From contig NC_042997.1 in assembly GCF_006345805.1 (NCBI RefSeq), positions 14,260,001 to 14,324,000 on the forward strand: a stretch of 64,000 bases of DNA. Reading direction: 5' to 3'. Within the stretch, counting starts at the first letter, position 1; each line of letters begins with the position of its first letter. The position numbers were made by a program, and so were the translations under genes. The notes beneath the pieces were generated by a model. It searched no databases. It saw only the letters and a program-made list of their open reading frames with translations, and was not told the DNA's origin. The stretch comes from Octopus sinensis. Taxonomy: Eukaryota. Below are positions 12,502 through 24,927 of this stretch, piece after piece.

Positions 12502-13015
12502 CTAGCAGTATCGCCCGGCGTTGCTCGGGTTTGTAAGGGAAATAACTATATAAGCATTTTTAGAGAGTTACTTCCCTTATAGATACCAATTCGGGCTTTC
12601 TTAGCCATTTCTGTTTTGGTCTCTTCAAGCCATGAAGTCGTTGTTCTAAAAGAACGCTGGTCTCCTTGACAACGCTTTACGACGTTGATTTCCTTACACT
12701 CCCTTCCCCACAGCTTCACGAGGGAGGGAAGAAGGGGGAGAAGCAAACAGGTGCAGGTGTGACCATGGACGTCAACTCCGCCGCCATCGACACACGAAAA
12801 ATTATGCATTAAAATGGAATAAAAAATTATGTTAAATTATTTTTAAAATCGTAGACTCATCGTAGACGCGCGCTAATACCTCAGACGGGCTCGATATGAA
12901 TCACGACTATAAGATACCCGAATTTGGTTAAACTGCACCGCAAAATGTGGGAGTAGTTAGGAATCTAAATCGAAGGGGACAGACACTCACACAACTACAG
13001 TTTTATATATATAGA
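12502..13015 (-). mobile_element. Non-autonomous Helitron
   Basis: Minus strand begins A|TCTATATATATAAAA and ends with hairpin CCCGAGCAACGCCGGG plus CTAG|T; no TSD. Confidence 0.85.
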
Positions 13016-13611
13016 TATCCTGATTGATAATTGGAATGAATACAACTTTTTTTTTTACCCTATTTACGTAATTTCGGGATTGTCGCCAATGCATTTGCGA
13101 AAATGATTTCCGTTGTAGCCGACGCAAGCCTCTTAAGAAAATATGCGGATGTTAGTCGGATGGACTCTACCTATTCTTGGGTAGTGCACCTATGCACCTA
13201 ATCTGATACAGTTTGATACTAAAATATTATTTTGGGGGAATTCTGTTCTGTCGCAAGCATTTGGCCCGGGTCTCAAATATGAGAATAGATAATTCGATAG
13301 CTTGACCTACAATCGTGCTTTTTTCATTTCTGCTTTCCTTCTATTCACTCAGCAATCTCTGTTGTTCTACAAAGGTCACGGAAGGTTTTCCTTCCTAGTC
13401 TGATTAAGTAGCAGCTGCAGCACCATCCCACTACCGTTTATTCATGTGGTGTGTTATAAACCATGTAATTATTAATTAGCCGAGCGTAGCAATTCCGTTT
13501 GAGTTATATTCCTAATGCCCTCGACACAGACATGAAAGTAATTCAGTTTTTTATGGCGCACACTTTAAATTTGAAGTTGTGCTTGTACAACAAATCTGTT
13601 TTACTCTTTTA

Positions 13612-13822
13612 TTCTTTTACTTGTTTCGGTCATTTGACTGCGGCTATGCTGGAGCATCGCCTTTAGTCGAGCAAATTGACCCCGGGAATTATTCTTTGTA
13701 ACCCTAGTACTTATTCTATCGGTCTCTTTTTGAGGAACCGCTAAGTTAGGGACGTAAACACACCATCATCGGTTTTCAAGTGATGTTGGGGGGACAAACA
13801 CAGACACACAAACATACACGCG

Positions 13823-13856
<34 letters not shown>

Positions 13857-13910
13857 TGCACATACACGCACACACACATATGCACATACACGCACACACA
13901 CACACACAGG

Positions 13911-13948
<38 letters not shown>

Positions 13949-14133
13949 ATATATATTATATATATATATACGAAGAGCTTCCTTCGGTTTCCGTCTACCA
14001 AATCCACTCACAAGATTTCGGTCGGCCCGAGGCTATAGCAGAAAACACTTGCCCAAGGTGCCACGCAGTGGGAATGAACCCGGAACCATGTTGTTGGCAA
14101 GCAAGCTACTTACCACACAGCCACTCCTGCGCT
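13612..14133 (-). mobile_element. SINE family B, full length, with internal (TA)n(TG)n
   Basis: tRNA-like head GCGCAGGAGTGGCTGTGTGG..GGTTC, CORE-like CACCTTGGGCAAGTG, internal microsatellite, conserved 3' half. Confidence 0.9.
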
Positions 14134-14452
14134 TATAAATCTCTAAATTTTTGCGTAATTTGTAACGTGTAAAAGAAATTTCATGGTAACACAGGAGTGT
14201 TGTTTTAAATTTTGAATAAATAATAAACAAGCGGTAGTTCTAATCAGTTTAATTCATTATTTTTTAATAATATAAATTTTAGTTCATAGATCTAGTTCAT
14301 AGATCCATGAACTAAACTTTATATCATTAATTTACTAATTTAATAAACTAAAATTTATATTATTAAAATGTTTCAAAATAATAAATTAAACTGATTAGAA
14401 CAACCACTGAAGTCATTCTTTTTCTTGTTTCAAATATACATATGTGTGTGTA

Positions 14453-14500
<48 letters not shown>

Positions 14501-14529
14501 GTGTGTGTTGTATGTATGTATATATATAT

Positions 14530-14745
14530 ATATGTATGTATTTGTATGTCTGTGTTTGTGCGCCCCACCTCCACCATCGCTTGACAACCGATGTTGGTGT
14601 GTTTACATCTTAGCGGTTCGGAAAAAGAGACCGATAGAATAAGTACTAGGCTTACAAAGAATAAGTCCTGGGATCGATTTGCTCTACTAAAAGCGGTGCT
14701 CCAGCAAGGCCGCAGTCAAATGACTGAAACAAGTGAAAGAATAAA
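14530..14745 (+). mobile_element. SINE family B, 3' half
   Basis: Matches the family B 3' half. Confidence 0.85.
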
Positions 14746-14863
14746 AGAATATCTACAAGAGGGTACTAGATTAGCGGAATCGTCCAATAAATTACCTTGT
14801 GGTGATTTACGTTCTGAATGCGAATCCAGCCGAAATCAAATTTGTTTTTCATCTATATATATA

Positions 14864-15164
14864 TAATAATAAATATTAGGGAATAAATCCAAATTTACAG
14901 GGAAAAATCAGATTTAGGATTGAATCCAATTTTATAGTAAAATATTATATAATATTAATTAGAGACAAAACCACTATTATGCAAATCAAACACAGAAAGA
15001 CTTAATCCAATACATAAAAATTTTTATATAAATTAAATAAAATTAAGTTATGTAGTGGATAACTTAATTTTATTTAATTTATATAAAAAATTTTATGTAT
15101 TGGATTAAGTCTTTCTTTGTTTGATTTGCATAATAGTGGTTTTGTCTCTAATTAATATTATATA
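14864..15164. mobile_element. AT-rich fold-back between (TA)n runs, probably a PLE pLTR fragment (arms 14946-15051 / 15059-15164)
   Basis: About 106-bp arms with about 2 mismatches and 7-nt spacer GTAGTGG; same layout as the other pLTR fold-backs. Confidence 0.6.
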
Positions 15165-15214
15165 TATATATATATGTATATTATATATATATATGTTGTT
15201 GTGTTGTTGTAACC

Positions 15215-15715
15215 CCCTTAGGTCATGAATGACCATTGGATTGCACCTAGAAAGTTACCCTCCGAGGCACAAGTCTTGGCAGGTTGTTTATAGAAAACCA
15301 GCAATTGCCCATGTATACCAGCCTCCCTTCTCCATGCCACCGATGTTATCCAAGGGAAAGTCAAAGGCCGATACAGCTTGGCACCAGTGACCTCGCAGCT
15401 CATTTATTAACATGCAAGTGGCTGAGCACTCCACAGACACGTGAACCCTTAACGTAGTTCTCGGAGAGATTCAGCGTGACACAGGGTGTCACAAGGCTGG
15501 CCTTTTGAAATACAGGTACAACAGAAACAGGAAGAAAGAGTGAGAGAAAGTTGTGGTGAAAGAGTACAGCAGGGTTCGCCACCACCCTCTGCCGGAGCCT
15601 CGTGGAGCTTTAGGTGTTTTCCGCTCAATAAACACTCACAATGCCCGGTCTGGGAATCGAAACCGCGATCCTATGTACGCGAGCCCGTTGTCCTAACCCG
15701 AGGGCTATTGCGCCT

Positions 15716-15719
<4 letters not shown>
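15215..15719 (-). mobile_element. SINE family C (15400-15719) joined to another retroposon tail (15215-15400)
   Basis: C head and C tail on minus strand match 19505-19880; the adjacent GC-rich tail is unrelated. Confidence 0.8.
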
Positions 15720-15800
<81 letters not shown>

Positions 15801-15969
15801 GGCGCAGGAGTGGCTGTGTGGTAAGTAGCTTGTTTACCAACCACATGGTTCCGGGTTCAGTCCCACTGCGTGGCACCTTGGGCATGTGTCTTCTACTATA
15901 GCCTCGGGCCGACCAAAGCCTTGTGAGTGGATTTGGTAGACGGAAACTGAAAGAAGCCCGTCGTATATG

Positions 15970-16021
<52 letters not shown>

Positions 16022-16215
16022 CTGTGTTTTGTCCCCCTAGCATTGCTTGACAACCGATGCTGGTGTGTTTATGTCCCCGTTACTTAGCGGTTCGGCAAAA
16101 GACCGATAGATAAGTACTGGGCTTACAAAAGAATAAGTCCCGGGGTCGAGCTGCTCGATTAAAGGCGGTGCTCCAGCATGGCCGCAGTCAAATGACTGAA
16201 ACATGTAAAAGAATA
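15801..16215 (+). mobile_element. SINE family B, full length (CORE-like)
   Basis: GGCGCAGGAGTGGCTGTGTGG head, GGTTCAGTCCC B box, CACCTTGGGCA CORE-like motif, internal (TA)n, tail ..GACTGAAACA..AAAAGAA. Confidence 0.92.
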
Positions 16216-16320
16216 AAAGAAAAAAAGAAAATATATATATAATATATATATATATCACACTCACACACATCTCAAGAGTAAATAGACACGTCTCATCTTA
16301 TATATATGCATATAAATATA

Positions 16321-18425
16321 TGAGGGGAATTCCAGAAAGTTTCAGACTTTTTTAGGAGAGCCACTTATAGTTGTTCTAGATTATTGTAATATTACTACAA
16401 ATATAATCAACTGACTTGCCAACTTTTGTTATTCCAGACTGACTGTAACGGTCGTAAAAACACTTTGGACACGGTCTGCTAAACACTGCTGACTAATTCA
16501 CAAAATGCACTTCCGTCACAAAGATCATTCGAAAGCTCGCTTTGCAATATATAATAAAAAAAATAATAATTGCGCCTTTTTAAAGCCATGGGCCCGTTTT
16601 CCGGTTTCTATAGCGTATGTGTTCCCAAACAGGACGGGACGCCAGTCCATCGCAGCGTTACTCATTTTTGCCAGCTGAGTGGACTGGAGCAACGTGGAAT
16701 GAAGTGTTTTGCTCAAGAATACAACGCGTCGCCCGGTCCAGGAATCGAAACCACAATCTTACGATCATGATGCTGACACCCTAACCACTAAGCCACGCGC
16801 CTCCACAAATAAATGCGCCCTTTTTAAAACCTAGCCAGGCTCATGGGTCCGGTTTCCCGCTTCTATGGCGTATGTGTGCCCTAACAGGACGGGACGCCAG
16901 TCCATCGCAGCGTTACTCATTTTTGCCAGCTGAGTGGACTGGAGCAACGTGGAATGAAGTGTTTTGCTCAAGAATACAACGCGTCGCCCGGTCCAGGAAT
17001 CGAAACCACAATCTTACGATCATGATGCTGACACCCTAACCACTAAGCCACGCGCCTCCACAAATAAATGCGCCCTTTTTAAAACTAGCCAGGCTCATGG
17101 GTCCGGTTTCCCGGCTTCTATGGCGTATGTGTGCCCTAACAGGACGGGACGCCAGTCCATCGCAGCGTTACTCATTTTTGCCAGCTGAGTGGACTAGAGC
17201 AACGTGGAATGAAGTGTTTTGCTCAAGAATACACGCGTCGCCCGGTCCAGGAATCGAAACCACAATCTTACGATCATGATGCTGACACCCTAACCACTAA
17301 GCCACGCGCCTCCACAAATAAATGCGCCCTTTTTAAAACCTAGCCAGGCTCATGGGTCCGGTTTCCCGGCTTCTATGGCGTATGTGTGCCCTAACAGGAC
17401 GGGACGCCAGTCCATCGCAGCGTTACTCATTTTTGCCAGCTGAGTGGACTGGAGCAACGTGGAATGAAGTGTTTTGCTCAAGAATACAACGCGTCGCCCG
17501 GTCCAGGAATCGAAACCACAATCTTACGATCATGATGCTGACACCCTAACCACTAAGCCACGCGCCTCCACAAATAAATGCGCCCTTTTTAAAACCTAGC
17601 CAGGCTCATGGGTCCGGTTTCCCGGCTTCTATGGCGTATGTGTGCCCTAACAGGACGGGACGCCAGTCCATCGCAGCGTTACTCATTTTTGCCAGCTGAG
17701 TGGACTGGAGCAACGTGGAATGAAGTGTTTTGCTCAAGAATACAACGCGTCGCCCGGTCCAGGAATCGAAACCACAATCTTACGATCATGATGCTGACAC
17801 CCTAACCACTAAGCCACGCGCCTCCACAAATAAATGCGCCCTTTTTAAAACCTAGCCAGGCTCATGGGTTCGGTTTCCCGGCTTCTATGGCGTATGTGTG
17901 CCCTAACAGGACGGGACGCCAGTCCATCGCAGCGTTACTCATTTTTGCCAGCTGAGTGGACTGGAGCAACGTCGAATGAAGTGTTTTGCTCAAGAACACA
18001 ACGCGTCAATTTTACGATCATGGTGCTGACACCCTAACCACTAAGCCACGCGCCTTCACCTATGCAATATAGTTTTGTATTAAACTGAGCGAAAACGCTA
18101 TCGAAACTTATGAAATGCTCAACACTGCTTTTGGATTAAGTTGTGTCATCTGAGCATATGTTTTTCGCTGACACAAGAAGCCAGGCACAGCAAGTCCACT
18201 GGGAAGCTCATGACGATCTTCTTTTTGGATAGCAGTGTAGATATTATCAACATCCACTAGGTTCCCTCTGGCCAGACTGTCAGTAAAAAACCGTTTGGAG
18301 AGATTTTGAGGGAGTTCCATCCTGATAACCAACTACTTGACAGAGATGGACATCAAAACTCTCCCTCACCTTCCCTACAATCTAAGCCTTGCTACCTGTG
18401 ACTTTTGGTTGTTCCCCAAACTGGA
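16321..18425 (+). mobile_element. Internally deleted mariner remnant hosting the SINE D array
   Basis: TA + TGAGGGG..TCCAGAAAGTTT TIR-like start; ARFAI|FCIKL..ETYEML..AFG (HTH) split by the insertion; CDFWLFPKL (YSPDLAP.D region) at about 18390-18420. Confidence 0.75.
16552..18062 (-). repeat. Six head-to-tail copies (about 255-bp period) of tRNA-derived SINE family D inside one 9-bp TSD
   Basis: Unit landmark (CTCCAC; variant CTTCAC in the last) at 16801, 17056, 17310, 17566, 17822 and 18054; TSD TGCAATATA at 16543-16551 and 18063-18071. Confidence 0.93.
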
Positions 18426-18559
18426 AATATATTAAAATCGTCATGTTAGAAAAATGTTATAAAATTTTGTGTGTAGTTATATCGATTTTGGAGAAATAAC
18501 CGGTTTCGTATTTTCTCAAACTGCAACCAACATTTTTTAGCTCCAGACCAGAGACACTG

Positions 18560-19228
18560 GGACACACGTTGGAGCCTGGTGATCAGGAAAAACCGAAAAT
18601 AATTAACCTCTCAATTAAACCAGTTTCAAGCACCCCCAGCATCACGCAGAGCCAACCAAAATGAAATGAAGGACAGTATAATAGAATTCTGTAGAAAATT
18701 AAGACTCACAGAAGCATTAAATATAAGACTAAAGCTGTCGCTGATAAGCTCCAAGAGGCCATCGCCTCTAGCTAGCTATATGACACACGAAACTGCGTCC
18801 ATTACAACCTTCGAACAAGCTTTAGTCTTATATTTATAAACTGCCATATTAGTATGGCGATAACTATTAATCTCCTTTAGAGAGACTTTGTAATTTTAAT
18901 ATTTCTATTATTGAAAACAAGTGGATGTATTCCACTGTAACTAGGTAAATAAAATCTTCGAACAGACGGTCAGTAGCGACACCTGCTGGTTCTGACTACG
19001 CTGCATTGATAAAGGGCAACAATCCTGAAACATGTCTGCAGATGTCTGACTAGCAAGGTGAAGCGGCTGACCTCCCCTGTTCGAAGGTTGCGACAGCTTT
19101 AGTCTTATATTTAATGCTTCTGTGAGTCTTAATTTTCTACAGAATTCTATTATACTGTCCTTCATTTCATTTTGGTTGGCTCTGCGTGATGCTGGGGGTG
19201 CTTGAAACTGGTTTAGTTGAGAGGTTAA
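18560..19228. mobile_element. PLE ORF N-terminal fragment as a fold-back (arms 18603-18741 / 19090-19228)
   Basis: 139-bp arms with 1 mismatch; translation NQNEMKDSIIEFCRKLRLTEA resembles the PLE N-terminal F.RKLRL.E motif. Confidence 0.7.
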
Positions 19229-19504
19229 AAGTTGGTACAAAATCGTGGGACGTAAAACAACCAGGGCCGGCCTAGAGACCATTTTAAATTACGTTACGTG
19301 TCTAATATCATTAGTGAGTAAGAAAATTAAACGAATTGTCATATTGAATATAACTGTATAAAACTTTAATGTAATCATCGCAGTGTTGTGTGTATTTAAT
19401 GTTTTCTAAGTTTGACAATAAAATTCAAATAAATTTAACTTATTTTTTATGTCACATGGAAATTTCTGGGATATGCTTTTAAGTGACGTGGTAAACTAAA
19501 TTTA

Positions 19505-19880
19505 GTGGAGGCGCAATGGCCCAGTGGTTAGGGCAGCGGACTCGCGGTCGTAGGATCGCGGTTTCGATTCCCAGACCGGGCGAAAACACCTAAAAGCTCC
19601 ACGAGGCTCCGGCAGGGGATGGTGGTGATCCCTGCTGTACTCTTTCACCACAACTTTCTCTCACTCTTACTTCCTGTTTCTGTTGTACCTGTATTTCGAA
19701 GGGGCCGGCCTTGTCACTCTCTGTGTCACGCTGAATATCCCCCGAGAACTACGTTAAGGGTACACGTGTCTGTGGAGTGCTCAGCCACTTACACGTTAAT
19801 TTCACGAGCAGGCTGTTCCGTTGATTCGGATCAACCGGAACCCTCGTCGTCGTAACCGACGGAGTGCTTCAAAGTGCTTC
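19505..19880 (+). mobile_element. SINE family C (tRNA-Arg-like head) flanked by 97-bp direct repeats
   Basis: Head GGAGGCGCAATGGCCCAGTGGTTAGGGCAGCGGACTCGCGGTCG..GTTTCGATTCC with TCG at the anticodon position; repeats at 19408-19504 and 19881-19977. Confidence 0.9.
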
Positions 19881-20279
19881 AAGTTTGACAATAAAATCCA
19901 AATAAATTTAACTTATTTTTTATGTCACATGGAAGTTTCTGGGATATGCTCTTAAGTGACGTGGTAAACTAAATTTAACTCTAAATAGAAACAAACAAGG
20001 AGCCTAACTACTCAGCGCTCCCAACAACGTGTGCAAGCGCTTATATACATACAACCACATAAAACGGATTGATTTCCTTGTTAATTCAATACTTTGGCTT
20101 ACCTTTGTTCTATTATAAATGCTCTTATTTATTATTTAAACTAAATTTTTAAGCGATCGGGTTACTTTTGCGTCACGGATATACGACAACCAATCTATGT
20201 TGAATATACAACATGCACCTATACACACGTGTTTGGATGTAGTTGTCTCTGTGTGTATGTGTGTAAGTATTTGTGTCCT

Positions 20280-20310
<31 letters not shown>

Positions 20311-20321
20311 ATCTGTGTTTT

Positions 20322-20561
20322 GTGAAGGTGCGTGGCTTGGTGGTTAGATTATTCAGCTCACAATCGTAAGGTCGTGAGTTCGATTCCCGGCGACGCGTTG
20401 TGTCCTTGCGCAAGACACTCTATTTCACGTTGCTCCAGTCCACTCGGCTGGCAAAAATGAGTAGTACCTGTATTTCAAAGGGGCCAGCCTTGTCACACTC
20501 TGTGTCACGCTCAATCTCCCTGGAAACTACATTAAGAATACACGTGTCTCTGGAGTGCTCA
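20322..20561 (+). mobile_element. Chimeric SINE: family D head/core with family C tail
   Basis: TTGCTCCAGTCCACTCGGCTGGCAAAAATGAGTA (D) joined to GTACCTGTATTTCAAAGGGGCCAGCCTTGTCAC (C tail). Confidence 0.8.
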
Positions 20562-20566
20562 GTCTA

Positions 20567-21143
20567 AAGGCGGCGAGCTGGCAGAAACGTTAGCACGCCG
20601 GACGAAATGCTTAGCGGTATTTCGTCTGCCGTTACGTTCTGAGTTCAAATTCCGCCGAGGTCGACTTTGCCTTTCATCCTTTCGGGGTCGATAAATTAAG
20701 TACAAGTTACGCACTGGGGTCGATGTAATCGACTTAATACTTATGTCTGTCCTTGTTTGTCCCCTCTGTGTTTAGCCCCTTGTGGGTAATAAAGAAATAG
20801 GTATTTCGTCTGCCGTTACGTTCTGAGTTCAAATTCCGCCGAGGTTGACTTTGCCTTTCATCCTTTCGGGGTCGATTAAATAAGCACCAGTTACGGACTG
20901 GGGTCGATGTAATCGACTTAATCCGTTTGTCTGTCCTTGTTTGTCCCCTCTGTGTTTAGCCCCTTGTGGGTAGTAAAGAAATAAGTATTTCGTCTACTGC
21001 TATGTTCTGAGTTCAAATTCCGCCGAGGTCTACTTTGCCTTTCATCCTTTCGTGGTTGATAAATTAAGTACCAGTTGCATACTGGGGAGGATTAAATAGA
21101 CTGGACTCTCTCCCCAAAAATTTCAGGCCTTGTGCCTATAGCA
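20567..21143 (+). mobile_element. SINE family A trimer (full copy plus two headless units; last unit has the alternative H tail)
   Basis: Re-entry junctions GAAATAG|GTATTTC at 20800/20801 and GAAATAA|GTATTTC at 20984/20985. Confidence 0.9.
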
Positions 21144-21399
21144 GAAATTTTTAAGCAATCGGGTTACTTTTGTATCACGGATATACGGCAACCAATCTAT
21201 GTTGAATATACAATGTACACCAATACACACGTGTTTGTATATATTTGTCTCTGTGTCAATGGGTTACGTTTAATGCAGCTAATTTTCATTACTTAATTGT
21301 TCTAATTGCGTTTAGTGTCAAGTGTTAAGTGATACAGTTTACCTGGTGAATGTAAGTTCAGTTCCTAGGAAAGTGAATCTGTAGAACGACCAAGGGGCA

Positions 21400-21630
21400 T
21401 CAGAAGTACTAAAATAATTGTAGAATATTCTCGGGATGGGCAACGGGATGAAAATACTTACCCCTATGAATTTTAATGTAGGTTCGGTTCGAAATTATGA
21501 AAACGTTGCTAAATACGGCAGGCATCTGAAGAAGGCCGGATGGTACAACAGCTGAAATGTTGCCACTGTAATGATAAAGATGAGGATACATGTCCAAATA
21601 TATCACTGTATTATAGTGACAAATTATAAT
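21400..21630 (+). mobile_element. Decayed pLTR-like sequence with hammerhead remnant at 21521-21565 (related to family 4)
   Basis: CTGAAGA-A-GGCCG..CAGCT-GAAAT-GTT, followed by AAAGATGAGGATACATGTCC, similar to CAAGATGAGGACAAATATCC after the 36893 hammerhead. Confidence 0.5.
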
Positions 21631-22832
21631 TTCAGAAATTCAGACAAACATAGAATAATTTATATTTGGCTGAGAAATATCATGATGGTTAATTCGAAAC
21701 AATATGGATAAATAAGTATTATATTTAACAGAGTAATCTGAGAGCTAAAGGCTGAAGTTTTCCTATTTTGTCTATGTTTCACACATGAAATAAACTAAAA
21801 CATTTCTAGTGTAATAGCAGAATATTATGTTAAAGAAATGAAAAAAAAAATCTAATTTAAATGGCATTAAATAGTTTCATGCGTAAAAATATTTCTGGCG
21901 ACTATTTAAATTACAGAAAAACAAAAGCAGGCTCTAACAGAAAAAGAAAAAATCCCAACAGGATATATATATATATATATATATGAAGTTTATGATTTGA
22001 ATCATGCCATCGTTTCAAGCGAGGGGCAATTAAAAATAATAATCAAAATAGAACAAAATTATCTCTACAGCTAAAACTATGTCACCCAGATCACGCGGCG
22101 ATAAAAACAATTATTCGATTCAAAACTAAATACTCTTGTAATCTTGTAATCTTGTAATCATTAAAAATTTGCTCTTGACAGCTGAGAAAATACTGAACAA
22201 GAAAAGATGTAAATTTATCAACCAGTCAAATATGAGACTATACATAGAAAAATAAATTGTCCGTGTTGAATGTAATCTATGAGGGGGGGACAATGCAAGA
22301 AGAAAAAGTACTCAATGTAAGGGCAAAAATGTGCTCAATAGACAATGATGATGATGAGGATGCTGATAGTGGTAGCGGTAATAATAATGATGATGATGAG
22401 GCGGAGAAAGGGGAGCTTAAAGATATTTTGATTCCTTTCATCATTTCTGCATAAACTGAATTAAAAAAAAAAAAACTCAAAGACTTTTTAGACGAAGATC
22501 CCATTTTTCACTTAGTCTCCAGTTAGTACACGGTACCTCAGACATTCGTATCAAGTTTATATATTTTAATATTTTCACATGCATACACACAAGCATGTGT
22601 GTTGGGGGGAGGCCTTTGGCTAAGATCAGCTTAATATATGATACGGTCCTTATTGGCGGGGGTTGCATCGATAGTAAACTGGTTTTTCGAACGAGGTGAA
22701 GAGTTAGGGGCTTGTTCCGCCGTTGCAACGGATTGGCCTAGTATTGTAGTACTTTCAGGATTCAACCCATACTAAGAAATCAGGACGGTACCCCAGCATG
22801 GCTACAGTCTAATCACTGAAGCAAGTAATATA

Positions 22833-24273
22833 CAGGGTGCGATGGATAAATTGTCGCCATTTTTTTTTTCGCGCATGCGCCGTCTGTGAGAAAAACAGCA
22901 CCACGACACAATTCACTCTGCCAGAAATTTGGAAACGACATGCTGTACTGCTTGGCATTCGCGCCGGAAGCTCTAATACGAACATTTCAGAGTGTTTGGG
23001 TGGGAATCTGAGGACAGTGCAGAAGATTAGGAAAGAGTTGAATGAGTCTAATAGTGAATTCGAAGGTACGACAGTTCGAAAAACTCACTCTTATCGATCT
23101 GATAAGAAAAGAAGTTCTAAATTCGTTGGTGAAATCGAGGCCATGATTGACAGCAATCCCACCAAGTCAATCAGGTCCATTGCCAGGGACACGGGATTGC
23201 CTGAGTTTCTTATCAGGCAGGTAGTGCATGAAGGCATTTGGTATTCCTCATACAAAATGAGAAAGGACCAATTTTTATCTCCAAGACATCAAGGACAAGA
23301 GGAAAGACCGCGCCGCGCTACGGAGCTTTTGAACAAACTCAAGTATTCCCTCCAACCGAACATGCTTTGGCTTTTCTCAGACGAGAAAAATATCTGCCAG
23401 GATCAGATGGTGAAGACATAGAACAACCGTTGGCTTGCTGTATCACTAAAACATGTACTGAGAGTGATAAAAATCAAACATCCAGTCAACATCATGGTGT
23501 TTGGAGTGATCACTAGTGATGGCGACGTTATGCCTCCATTCATCTTCCCACACGGTCTCAGACTCAACGTGGAGGCCTATATCAAATGCCTGGATGAGGC
23601 CATCATCATCATTGTTCGACCGTGGTCGAGACAATGGAATTTACCATGCTACGCCAGACTTCACGCTCCATCATGGCATTACGGAGGTCCTGTTGCTGGA
23701 TGCCTGTATCCCTGGAGATTACAGTGTGCGCCCTCTGGTATTGCGAGTAGATGGCTTCCAGAGGAGAGGTGTAGAAATTACTTCTTTTTCAGCTCTACAA
23801 CAATGTCCAGCAAATTGGACTCTCCTACCTTTCACAAGAGATGACACAGGATGAGGTAGTGCTACCCTGGGTCAAGAAGGTGGCTGCTGGAAGACCTTAT
23901 GTCTGGCAACAGGAATCTGCGCCATGCCACACAAGCAGTGGCTGTCAGACAATTTCTGCAACCACATTACCCCTAAAATCTGGCCACCTAACGCCCCAGA
24001 CTGCAACCCCCTTGATTATTATGTGTGGAAGGCAGTTAAGCGAAACACAAACAACACTCCTTGTAACACCAAAAGATGAACTGAAGGCAAAGATTATGGC
24101 AGCATTCAACAGGTTAAACAAGGAGATCATCCAGAAGAGTGGCAGGATATTCCGAAGTCGTCTGGAGGCCGTGGCGATTTTATTGAACATTTTTTTTTAT
24201 ATAATTTTAGTAAATATATCTGTTAAAATTAGATGTCAGTGTTATTTTCATTTTTGCATATTCACGGCACCCT
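22833..24273 (+). mobile_element. Tc1/mariner transposon remnant, maT (DD37D)-like, disrupted
   Basis: TA + CAGGGTGCGATGGATAA TIR; HTH region; WLFSDEK (D1), VWQQESAPCHTS (D2 changed to E), WPPNAPDCNPLDYYVW (D3); spacing fits DD37D only after restoring a small deletion; decayed right TIR near 24258-24273. Confidence 0.85.
23600..23848 (-). mobile_element. 5'-truncated RTE LINE with (GAT)n tail inserted into the transposase
   Basis: TSD GGATGAGG at 23592-23599 and 23849-23856; minus strand RRVQFAGHCCRA..AMMEREVWR, an RTE C-terminus. Confidence 0.88.
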
Positions 24274-24289
24274 TATACACACGCACACA

Positions 24290-24534
<245 letters not shown>

Positions 24535-24927
24535 AACAATAATCCAGTGGGGGAGCTTTTATGTAGACACAGGATTTCCTAAAATAGCAGCCAAATATCC
24601 TTCAAATGTCAGGCTGCTCTTCTGAATAAAAGAAGGACACATTAAATAATCTAGTCCTTGACAAAAAAGTTAGAAGGTCACAAATGCGCAGATTCTTTAT
24701 CGTAGGTTCACACAACAGAGCTGACCTAGAGCTGAACAACAACAACAACAGCAGCAGCAAAAACAGCAGCAGCAGCAGCTGCGGCAAAAGCGGCAACAGC
24801 AGCAACAACAACAGAACGGAAGCGGCAGCAGCATTAACTCCATTATTGCAATCACTGTCATAATTACAGCTATCATTCCTACGACTACCACAACCACTGC
24901 CACCATAACCGGTACCACCACCACTAC

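Noticed and set aside
13310-13400. Polypyrimidine tract plus CAG acceptor at 13351-13352
   Set aside because: No recognisable exon or good donor follows; cannot be supported without transcript data.
19505-19582. tRNA-Arg(TCG)-like gene, and similar heads at 11926, 39673 and 36750
   Set aside because: A and B boxes are present but acceptor and T stems do not pair fully, and the heads run into SINE bodies; these are SINE heads, not tRNA genes.
24720-24860. Conserved N/S/A-rich frame in both copies of the local duplication
   Set aside because: Trinucleotide slippage preserves frame automatically; short and low-complexity.
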